DNA of 64,000 nt from an uncultured Planctomycetia bacterium (GTDB lineage Bacteria; Omnitrophota; Gorgyraeia; CAYWPX01). Below the pieces are notes generated by a model. That model was not told the origin of the DNA. It ran no database searches and saw only the letters and a program-made list of their open reading frames with translations. Shown here one piece after another: positions 16,572 to 24,588 of the stretch (positions are counted from its first letter, which is position 1; the number at the start of each line of letters is the position of its first letter). The translations under genes were made by a program, and so were the position numbers. The stretch lies in NCBI GenBank assembly GCA_964460615.1, contig CAYWPX010000009.1:19509-83508 (forward strand), written 5' to 3'.

Positions 16572-17876
16572 TTATCTATACTCCGGCCTGTTGTCCCAAA
16601 CTTTTTTGGGCAAATAATTACTTCTCAAAAATGACATTCTAAAAAATTCAAGAAGATACGCAAACATACTGACCGCCCTCAAAAATAAGCTGTAGAAAAA
16701 AAAGATCGGGGAATATAATACAAACACCCAGTCCCTGCCCGGATCATCCGAAAGAAGAGCCACAATAGTAAATTGGATAAAATTCATAATAGTATAATAC
16801 AACAGCGTTACTATAACTATAAAAGGAAAAATCTGGGGAAAAAATATTGCTATCAAAATAAAATACAAAGGAAAAATGAATAAAAGCACAAGATTAAAAA
16901 AAAGATCCAAAACGCCTGCGATAAAATCACCTATTTTAAACGAATGAAAATCAAGAAGATTTCTGTGTTTTCTTAAATTTATACTCACATAACATCTGTC
17001 CCAACGTATCCTCTGCTTGGCCAGTCTAATCCACGTATCAGGGACTTCTGTCAACGCTATGGCCTTGGGCGCAAACGCAACTTTAAACCCGAGCTTTCTT
17101 GTCTTTATTGTTAAATCAAGGTCCTCGCCTGTCTCCGGGTCAGCCCCTTTCAGGTCAGTCATTACTTCGCGCCTATAGCTCGAAAAAGCACCTGAGGCGA
17201 TCTGAAGCAAATCCGTAAAAGCAAGCCATCTTCTCGAAATACTAATACACATGCCGTACTCAGCGGCCTGAAGGCGCGTAACAAGATTCTCTTTGTCATT
17301 ATACACCTTCAAATTGCCGCTTACTACACCAACCCTCTTATCTCTAAACGGCTTCACGGCTTCGGATATCGCATTACGATGTACCAGAGTATCGCCGTCA
17401 AAACCCATGATAATTTCTCCTTTAGAGAAATTTAAACCATAATTTATAGCTGAGGGCTTTCCCCCTCTTTCGGTTTTACGGAAAAATTTTATCAATCCCT
17501 TAGACTCAAAATTTCTGCAAATTTCGGGAGTATTATCTTCGGATTTATCATCAACAACAATTATTTCAAAGTTCGGGTAGTCATTCTCTAAAAAAGAATT
17601 TATGGTATTCTTTAGCCTTATACCTTCATTGTAAACGGGCAAAATAACACTCACAAAAGGCTTGTATTCTAACGAGCTCTCTTCATCCTTCTTTTCGCTT
17701 CCGAAAATCTCCAAAAAAAGAATTATTGAATTTCCGATATAATAACGCGTGGTATCAAATAATAGCGCCGGTCCAAAAAGAAAGACTATCTCGAATGGAG
17801 AGCGCGACATAACATTATCTATAGAAAATGCTATGTATTCACCGACCAAATTTATAAAATCAAAAATTATATGCAT
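16572..17876 (-). CDS. processive family-2 glycosyltransferase (PgaC/cellulose/hyaluronan-synthase-like), membrane-embedded
   Basis: 434 aa. VILPVYNEG, VVDDKSED, DGDT and the processive-synthase QRIRW motif. One N-terminal and ~4 C-terminal TM helices. Confidence 0.85.
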   Translation of the reverse strand: MHIIFDFINLVGEYIAFSIDNVMSRSPFEIVFLFGPALLFDTTRYYIGNSIILFLEIFGSEKKDEESSLEYKPFVSVILPVYNEGIRLKNTINSFLENDYPNFEIIVVDDKSEDNTPEICRNFESKGLIKFFRKTERGGKPSAINYGLNFSKGEIIMGFDGDTLVHRNAISEAVKPFRDKRVGVVSGNLKVYNDKENLVTRLQAAEYGMCISISRRWLAFTDLLQIASGAFSSYRREVMTDLKGADPETGEDLDLTIKTRKLGFKVAFAPKAIALTEVPDTWIRLAKQRIRWDRCYVSINLRKHRNLLDFHSFKIGDFIAGVLDLFFNLVLLFIFPLYFILIAIFFPQIFPFIVIVTLLYYTIMNFIQFTIVALLSDDPGRDWVFVLYSPIFFFYSLFLRAVSMFAYLLEFFRMSFLRSNYLPKKVWDNRPEYR

Positions 17877-18595
17877 TATTTAAATATTTTACAGTGGACC
17901 GACATGCCAAACTTAAAATATTTATTAAAATCATCTGATGCATCAAGCGGGAATATCCTGACTTTAAAAACTTTCTCCGGTAAATAATAGTACCTTGAAA
18001 ACATTTTGGGCATTTGATCTATCTCGGCATAAACAAACTCTATCTTACCCTTAATTTTTTTGTCTTTAATGCTCGACCAGACCTCGGCCTCCTGCCCCAC
18101 TCTCACGTTATTGATAAAGCGAGCAGGAACAAATGCATCTATCCAATACCGTTTGGGTTTTGTAACACTATAAATCACATCTCCTTTGTTAACTATATCC
18201 CCAACGGATTTATTTTTTTTGACTATCACCATTTCATAGCTTGCCCTTATGTCTTTGGATAATCCTCCGGCTTCGTCAGAAGCTTTGATGAGAGCAATCG
18301 TACTCCCCTCTTCAACCCTTGCGCCTGTTTCAGCATAAAGCTGGCTTATCTTTCCGTCTATAGGGGAAGTAATGCTAGATAGATCCATATTCTCCATTTC
18401 TAGCTGCATTGGACCCATTACTACACCATTAACAAATAAAGTATCCAATGTCAAAAACCTCCAAACAACAAATGGTGTAGCTAAAAATATTATAAAGAAT
18501 ACAAACTTGACTATTTTCGGCAGACCCTTCTTAGGGCTTTGACGTTCGGCTTGAGCCTTATTTACAGTAAACGCCTCTATCTTTCTTAGTCTCAT
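17876..18595 (-). CDS. HlyD-like periplasmic adaptor / membrane-fusion protein (short form)
   Basis: 239 aa. N-terminal TM anchor, biotin-lipoyl-like SPIDGKISQLYAETGARVEEG and a beta-barrel domain. 1-nt overlap with the GT2 gene. Confidence 0.55.
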   Translation of the reverse strand: MRLRKIEAFTVNKAQAERQSPKKGLPKIVKFVFFIIFLATPFVVWRFLTLDTLFVNGVVMGPMQLEMENMDLSSITSPIDGKISQLYAETGARVEEGSTIALIKASDEAGGLSKDIRASYEMVIVKKNKSVGDIVNKGDVIYSVTKPKRYWIDAFVPARFINNVRVGQEAEVWSSIKDKKIKGKIEFVYAEIDQMPKMFSRYYYLPEKVFKVRIFPLDASDDFNKYFKFGMSVHCKIFK

Positions 18596-20049
18596 ATAGT
18601 TTTCCCTGACATATTAATTAGTTTATTTAATAGCTCTTCATCAGTTCTGCCATCCTCAGGGTAAGAAACTGACGATACTTTAACGTTAATATGCTCCCTA
18701 CTGGTATACTCATTAAGCTTTTTATTTATAAAACGTTCCAGCTCCAGGGCCTTAGATTTATCGGCCTCCGGAAGAAGAGTAATTAAAGCGCTCTTGTCGT
18801 AACGGGCGTGTATGTTTATTTTCCAGAGATTCTCCTTTAGAAGGGTCGCTATGTCATTAAGCATCCTCCTGGCTCCACTAAAACCGGCCTTTTTGGTCAA
18901 TTCATCAAAATTGAGGACATTCACCATAACAATGGAAAAATGCTCTTTGAATTTTTCAGCACGGTCTAACTCCTCATCAAGTCTTTTCTTAAAATACCGG
19001 TTACTATATACCTCAACATCAGTATCAAGCAGTATCTGGTCCATGTTCAAATCTATAAATCTCCCCGACTCTACAACACCAGCCGCATCTTCGGTAATAG
19101 GATATTTAAATATATCCTGCCTCATAGCATTATCGATCTCAAATATTTTTTTGCAATTCCTGCATTGAGCGCTTACATCCGGTTCGGTGAACTTTTCTCC
19201 GTTATCATTACATACGAAACTTTGCCCCGGCTTATCATAATCCACCCCTATCTGCTTTAATTCATGCTCGCATTTTGGGCAGATGTACTGCGTCCCCTTT
19301 TTAAATTCTTCTTCAATGCCGGTATAGCCGCACCTGAAATGGTGGATCATTTCAACTATTGATATATTTGCGCTATGGGTAGTCGGACACGTCTCTCTGA
19401 TATTTATATCGTGATGCATGCAATATGGGCATAGAAGGACCCTGTCAAAAAATCTTTTTTCAAAACACCCTTTATTAACCAAAAATTCGATATGATCTAT
19501 TTCGCTTCCGTCATTGACTTTAAAAAAATTTGCGGCAATTGGATAGCCATAACCGCTCAGGGAATTCATATTATATTCCGGGATCAATTCCTTAATGTTA
19601 TTATCCAGCATACTTTTCAGGAAATCCACTCTCAACTTGTCTTCTTTGGATATGACCGGAGGTTGAGTGGTTTTTTTAGCCCTCCTCAAAACAACTTCTA
19701 TCCTGGCTATAAGCTCCTGGGCATCATAGGGTTTGGTTATGTAATCATCTATACCGAATTTAAAAAATTTTACCTTATCTTCCATACCGGATCTCGCGGT
19801 AAGGGCAATGGCAGGAATAGCTGATTTTTTGGCATCGGCATGCAACTTCTGAAGGACTTCAAATCCATCCATCCCGGGCATCATAATATCAAGGAGTATC
19901 AAATCCGGAGTATTGGTATCCGTATAGAGCAGAGCTTCTTTGCCGCTTAAAACACTATGAACATTGAACCCCGCGTTTTCCAATCTCATAGTTAAAAGCC
20001 GGCTAACATCCGGTTCATCATCTACAATAAGAATATTCCCTTTTGCCAT
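18592..20049 (-). CDS. response regulator: REC + Cys-rich (zinc-ribbon-like) middle domain + degenerate GGDEF domain
   Basis: 485 aa. REC motifs (VDDE, LILLDIMMPGMDG, ALTA, KPY). CPYC..C..C..CPKC..C..CRNC cluster. C-terminal GGDEF fold with RYDKSAL replacing RYGGDEF and no RxxD I-site. Confidence 0.75.
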   Translation of the reverse strand: MAKGNILIVDDEPDVSRLLTMRLENAGFNVHSVLSGKEALLYTDTNTPDLILLDIMMPGMDGFEVLQKLHADAKKSAIPAIALTARSGMEDKVKFFKFGIDDYITKPYDAQELIARIEVVLRRAKKTTQPPVISKEDKLRVDFLKSMLDNNIKELIPEYNMNSLSGYGYPIAANFFKVNDGSEIDHIEFLVNKGCFEKRFFDRVLLCPYCMHHDINIRETCPTTHSANISIVEMIHHFRCGYTGIEEEFKKGTQYICPKCEHELKQIGVDYDKPGQSFVCNDNGEKFTEPDVSAQCRNCKKIFEIDNAMRQDIFKYPITEDAAGVVESGRFIDLNMDQILLDTDVEVYSNRYFKKRLDEELDRAEKFKEHFSIVMVNVLNFDELTKKAGFSGARRMLNDIATLLKENLWKINIHARYDKSALITLLPEADKSKALELERFINKKLNEYTSREHINVKVSSVSYPEDGRTDEELLNKLINMSGKTI

Positions 20050-20070
20050 ATTTTTATCCTCTGGTAAATG

Positions 20071-21456
20071 CTATTGTTTTATATTTAATTCTTCCGGATG
20101 GTTTGTATAATATTTTTTCATTTTAATCAAAATATCATCCATTGAAGTGGAAGGTATAAAATTTAAAATTCTTTCAAGCTTCCTCAGATCAGGAATGCGC
20201 TTTCTTATATCCTCAAAATTGGTCCCATAATATTTTTCGTAATCTTCAAATTTTATTTGCGAAGAACTTCCGGTAATATTTATTATACGCTGGGCAAGGT
20301 CACTTATGGTTATATTATTATTACTTCCGAGATTTATCAGCTGACCGTTTGCATCTTTGGAATTAGCAAGTCTTATGATTATCTCTACGGCGTCTTCAAC
20401 ATATGTAAAACACCTGGACTGTTTCCCGTCCCCGTAAATAACAAGCGGTTTATTATTAAAGGCGTTATAAAAGAATCTCGGTATAACCATTCCAAAATTC
20501 CCGACCTGACCCGGGCCTACTATATTAAAAAGCCTTACCACAACAACCGGGAGATTCCTTTCCTTATGATACGCTATCGTGAGAAATTCATCAAGTAATT
20601 TTGAACAAGCATAGCTCCACCTGTTAACATCAGGGGGCCCGATAACGACATCATTATCCTCTCTAAAAGGAAGCTGGTCGGATTTGCCGTAGACTTCGGA
20701 GGTTGAGGTGAGAAAAACCTTGATATGTTTTTGTGAAGCATATTTCAGGACTAACTCAGTCCCGTAAGTATCATTTATTATGGTATCAAGAGGCCTGTCG
20801 ACAACATTTTTAACTCCTACCGTAGCCGCTAAGTGATATATCATATCGACTTTATCTATCAGTTTACTTATAAGCGCTTCATCAGTAACAGATCCTCTCG
20901 TTAAATTAAAATTTTTTAAACCTGCCATATCCTCAATATTTTTTTCTCTGCCCGTAGAAAAATCATCTAATACATAGACGTTATATTTCATTTTTACAAG
21001 CACCCTTGCCAAATGCGAGCCTATAAAACCGGCCCCACCGGTAACAAGAATATTATTAATGGTATTTTTGGCGGCATCCTTTGACCTTCGTAAGACTGCA
21101 TTAACTCTGCTTATGAATTCCTCTGCCTCAAATGGCTTTGTTATATAATCATCCGCTCCCAGATCAAGGCATTTAACCATGTTTGACGACGATTGATCCG
21201 CCGTAAGCATTATAACCGGGATAAAAGCGGTTTTTCTATCAGAGCGGATCTTTGCCAATAGAGTATACCCGTCCATATCAGGCATCTCGATATCCATAAT
21301 GATAATATCGGGGATCTCTTTTTTTAAATATTCCAGGGCATCAATCCCGCTTGCGACTGCGGAAGCAATAAAGCCGGATTTATTTAAGCGCGGCAGAAGC
21401 ACCTTGCCGACTTCCCTTTCATCATCGATTATTAATACTTTTGGTACTGGCGACAT
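20071..21456 (-). CDS. REC domain fused to NAD-dependent sugar-nucleotide epimerase/dehydratase (extended SDR, UDP-glucuronate decarboxylase/UXS-like)
   Basis: 461 aa. N-terminal REC (IDDE, IIIMDIEMPDMDG, MLTA, KPF), then VTGGAGFIGSH Rossmann, catalytic SxS...YACSK (YxxxK). Confidence 0.85.
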   Translation of the reverse strand: MSPVPKVLIIDDEREVGKVLLPRLNKSGFIASAVASGIDALEYLKKEIPDIIIMDIEMPDMDGYTLLAKIRSDRKTAFIPVIMLTADQSSSNMVKCLDLGADDYITKPFEAEEFISRVNAVLRRSKDAAKNTINNILVTGGAGFIGSHLARVLVKMKYNVYVLDDFSTGREKNIEDMAGLKNFNLTRGSVTDEALISKLIDKVDMIYHLAATVGVKNVVDRPLDTIINDTYGTELVLKYASQKHIKVFLTSTSEVYGKSDQLPFREDNDVVIGPPDVNRWSYACSKLLDEFLTIAYHKERNLPVVVVRLFNIVGPGQVGNFGMVIPRFFYNAFNNKPLVIYGDGKQSRCFTYVEDAVEIIIRLANSKDANGQLINLGSNNNITISDLAQRIINITGSSSQIKFEDYEKYYGTNFEDIRKRIPDLRKLERILNFIPSTSMDDILIKMKKYYTNHPEELNIKQ

Positions 21457-21461
21457 ACGTC

Positions 21462-22802
21462 CTATCTCCTATTCTTTCTATCCAGGATGATCCTTCTGAT
21501 TTCAGCCCTGATCTTATCCGGATCGTGACGGACTACTTCTGTTTCATTTGCTATATCGGCTATAACAATACGAGCTTTAGTAATTTTTTTGATTTCGTTG
21601 ATATCATTAATAAAGACGGGGAATTGATTTTTTTTGGAATATTTTTTTACTGAACTCTTGGATAATTTATTTGTATCGTTTATTAATATATAATCCAAGC
21701 TATCCGATTTAAGATATTTTATAATTTCGCTGATATGATTAGCCGCATCAAACCCGTAAGTTTCACCCGGTTTTGTCATAAGATTGCATATATACACCTT
21801 AACTGCGGGCGAATCTATTATAGCATCTCTTATGGCTTTAACTAATAAATTTGTTATAATACTGGTAAACAGATCTCCCGGGCCGATTGTAACCATATCA
21901 GAATTAATGATCGACGAACAAGCGCCTGTATCGGCTTTCGAAGGAGGCTCGTGCCAGCAATCGATGATCTTCAGGGATTTGTCCCGCCCAACCCCAAGAT
22001 CAATATTGCTTTCGCCTTTAATAACTTTACCATTTTCAAATTTTGCACATAAGGTAGGATTTGTTATTGTGGCAGGATTTACTATCCCTTTAATATTAAG
22101 TATGTCGCCCATGGCCCTGACCGCTTCAGGCATCGAGCCGGTAATATCGGATAAGGCAGTGATAAGCAAATTACCTAAGCTATGACCGCTAAGGCCCGGG
22201 GCCTTTTTAAATCTGTACTGCATTACTTTATCCATTAGATCCGGAGTGGTGGATAGAGCGACCAGATTCCTTCTTATGTCTCCCGCCGGGATCCCGCCAA
22301 AAGCCGCCTTAAGCCTTCCCGACGAACCGCCATCATCACTGGTGCTTACTATGGAGGTCAAAAATACATCATCGAGTTCCTTTAACCCCATTAAGAGATT
22401 AAATAATCCCGTCCCTCCCCCAATAGATGAGACCCTGTACTTTTTTTCAAATACTGCTTTGACTTTTAATAGGATCTCCCTGTGGTTAAAAGGCTTGGAC
22501 AAAAAGTCCTTGGAGCCGTATTTTTGAAAATCAAAGACATCCTCCAGGCTTTCGGAGAGAGAAGAAATAAAAAAAGGGATTTTAGAAACTTCAACAATAT
22601 TAAGGTTTTTTTGGAATAATACAGGATTGCTTTTGTAGGAATCTTTATCAAATACTATAATGTCCGGCGAGAAATCGATCAATGCAGATTTCAAAGTTTC
22701 GAAATCAAATACTCTTTTAACCTCTAAAACAAGTTTTGATAGAAAAGGCTTGATATCTTCTACAAACTTATCGTTTCCAATCAATAAAAATCTTTTATTC
22801 AT
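21462..22802 (-). CDS. REC-like receiver domain fused to YvcK/CofD-like (UPF0052) domain
   Basis: 446 aa. N-terminal ~125 aa with receiver pattern (LIGND, IIVFDKD, FFISS, SKPF), then IGGGTGLFNLL, DDGGSSGRL and PAGDIRRNLVALS motifs of the YvcK family. Confidence 0.75.
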   Translation of the reverse strand: MNKRFLLIGNDKFVEDIKPFLSKLVLEVKRVFDFETLKSALIDFSPDIIVFDKDSYKSNPVLFQKNLNIVEVSKIPFFISSLSESLEDVFDFQKYGSKDFLSKPFNHREILLKVKAVFEKKYRVSSIGGGTGLFNLLMGLKELDDVFLTSIVSTSDDGGSSGRLKAAFGGIPAGDIRRNLVALSTTPDLMDKVMQYRFKKAPGLSGHSLGNLLITALSDITGSMPEAVRAMGDILNIKGIVNPATITNPTLCAKFENGKVIKGESNIDLGVGRDKSLKIIDCWHEPPSKADTGACSSIINSDMVTIGPGDLFTSIITNLLVKAIRDAIIDSPAVKVYICNLMTKPGETYGFDAANHISEIIKYLKSDSLDYILINDTNKLSKSSVKKYSKKNQFPVFINDINEIKKITKARIVIADIANETEVVRHDPDKIRAEIRRIILDRKNRR

Positions 22803-22871
22803 TAAGATTTTTCCTATGAAAATTGTTGTGTAGATGATTGGAGCAAATTTTGCAACTTTTAATCAGATTGA

Positions 22872-22900
22872 AATATTTGCTTTAAGTATTTATCTGTCAA
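22872..22900 (-). promoter_or_regulatory. candidate promoter (TTGACA-17-AATATT) upstream of the REC-fusion operon
   Basis: rc of 22895-22900 = TTGACA; -10-like AATATT at 22872-22877; ~70 nt upstream of the ATG at 22802. Weak -10. Confidence 0.3.
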
Positions 22901-23079
22901 ACAATTATATCATAGGGCATTGATATTTCAATATAAATATAAATGGCCAATAATGACACAAGCTGTAGCTATTTCAATGCATTCAAATGACCCATTTCGG
23001 TCTAAAAACAAAAAAATATGGCAAAGATGCATAGAAGCAAACAAATACTTTTCTTCCAAAATCTTTGCCATTAAAGCTC

Positions 23080-23190
23080 TTATTTTTTACAGACACATTC
23101 ACTCGCTTTCTTTTTGCATCCGCTGCAAACCCCTTTTTCGATTGGCTTGCCACAATTCTTACACGGTGTACACCCGCAAACTTCGCACAT
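23080..23190 (-). CDS. small Cys-rich peptide (36 aa, 11 Cys), metallothionein-like or precursor-peptide-like
   Basis: MCEVCGCTPCKNCGKPIEKGVCSGCKKKASECVCKK. GGGGGTGA Shine-Dalgarno 6 nt upstream. TATAAT-like -10 ~70 nt upstream. Not in the ORF track (<60 aa). Confidence 0.4.
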   Translation of the reverse strand: MCEVCGCTPCKNCGKPIEKGVCSGCKKKASECVCKK

Positions 23191-23411
23191 GTTAATCACC
23201 CCCGCTCTAAGATCTTTCTATATGGAATTGCCAAAAAAATGTTAAAAATTAATATTAATTATACAGCATATTAAAAAAAAGAAAATTGGCAGATTCTATT
23301 ACTATTTGACTTTTTTCTACCTATAGATAATTTAGAATGTTTTGCATATGCTCTTAATAGGGGTAAGCACATATTCTTAAGATATTGTAAAATTCCATAA
23401 TTTTAGAATCC

Positions 23412-23965
23412 AAAATTAAGAAATTTTAGCAACAATCGCATGGACAAAAAATAAACCTCTTATTTTTTTAAGAGGTTTTAATTGAATTTTGCCCCTCGTT
23501 TTGCCTAAATTGCTTCTTCTCGACGCAATTTACGGCAACTCGGGATTGGTGAGCCGCCCGTGACTCTCCCGACGCAATCCTTTGGATAGGTCGGGATTCC
23601 GACTTACCTGTTTTATGGGTAACGTCGGAAGAACACGGCGTATCTACCAATGAATAAAATTGAAAGACTGAGAGGGTATATGTCCATGCGCTTAAAATAG
23701 TACTAAAATTCCTTAATTTTCAAGAACACAAAATTAAGAAATTTTAGTATTAATCGCATGGACAAAAAATAAACCTCTTATTTTTTTAAGAGGTTTTAAT
23801 TGAATTTTGCCCCTCGTTTTGCCTAAATTGCTTCTTCTCGACGCAATTTACGGCAACTCGGGATTGGTGAGCCGCCCGTGACTCTCCCGACGCAATCCTT
23901 TGGATAGGTCGGGATTCCGACTTACCTGTTTTATGGGTAACGTCGGAAGAACACGGTGTATTTGG
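23412..23965. repeat. Two ~232-bp direct repeats (23412-23643 and 23731-23960, period ~319 bp). Each contains a bidirectional terminator hairpin and the 3'-terminal 20 nt of tRNA-Lys(TTT).
   Basis: Near-identical blocks. tggtgagccgcccgtgactc at 23548-23566 and 23865-23884 equals the tRNA 3' end at 24143-24162. ORFs 23468-23650 and 23786-24001 lie inside the repeats and are likely spurious. Confidence 0.85.
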
Positions 23966-24103
23966 TATTAACGGTATCGGGATTGGGGGGCTATTACGCA
24001 CATGCTCTTAAAGAGAAATGCCGATATTCTTAAGATATTGTAAAAATTCCTTAATTTTAATTACAAAATTAAGGAATTTTTACAATAAGAATATGGACCA
24101 AAA

Positions 24104-24142
24104 TAAAAAATCATTCTTAATTTTAAGAATGATTTTTTATTT
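24104..24142. terminator. bidirectional rho-independent terminator abutting the tRNA-Lys(TTT) 3' end
   Basis: aaaaaatcattcttaa-tttt-aagaatgatttttt: perfect 11-bp stem flanked by A- and T-tracts. Confidence 0.7.
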
Positions 24143-24218
24143 TGGTGAGCCGCCCGTGACTCGAACACGGCACAACCACATTAAAAGTGTGGTGCTCTAC
24201 CTGATGAGCTAGCGGCCC
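24143..24218 (-). tRNA. tRNA-Lys (anticodon TTT), encoded CCA
   Basis: rc reads GGGCCGCTAGCTCATCAGGTAGAGCACCACACTTTTAATGTGGTTGTGCCGTGTTCGAGTCACGGGCGGCTCACCA. Anticodon loop CTTTTAA. Confidence 0.85.
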
Positions 24219-24566
24219 ACGTTAAACTTAAATCTAAATTTCAATACTAGGCAATCTGACTGATGTCGCTTTGTTGATGTCCCAAAAAACTTAAGTTTTT
24301 TGGGATGAATTAGCTCTTGATCCTTAAAAACTCGTTTTTCTGCCTGCTGCCTTAGGGCAGTCAGGCAGTAATCATGATCTAATTCTACGGCCCACGTTAA
24401 ACTTAAATCTAAATTTCAATACTAGGCAATCTGACTGATGTCGCTTTGTTGATGTCCCAAAAAACTTAAGTTTTTTGGGATGAATTAGCTCTTGATCCTT
24501 AAAAACTCGTTTTTCTGCCTGCTGCCTTAGGGCAGTCAGGCAGTAATCATGATCTAATTCTACGGC
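24216..24566. repeat. Tandem 175-bp repeat x2 (+ partial third) between frr and tRNA-Lys(TTT). Each unit carries a perfect 24-bp palindrome cccaaaaaacttaagttttttggg and an imperfect GC hairpin ctgcctgctgcc-ttag-ggcagtcaggcag.
   Basis: Units 24216-24390 and 24391-24565 are near-identical; the unit boundary includes the first nt of the tRNA 5' end (cggccc). Confidence 0.85.
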
Positions 24567-24588
24567 CCCCTTTAATTCAAAATCTAAA

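Noticed and set aside
22920-23274. ORFs 22920-23195 (+) and 23065-23274 (+)
   Set aside because: Low-complexity translations in an AT-rich repeat region with no RBS. The opposite-strand 36-aa Cys-rich ORF with a strong SD is the more plausible coding feature here.
23468-24001. ORFs 23468-23650 and 23786-24001 (identical 60/71-aa products)
   Set aside because: They are copies of each other because they lie inside the ~232-bp direct repeats that carry tRNA 3'-end fragments. No start context; treated as repeat artefacts.
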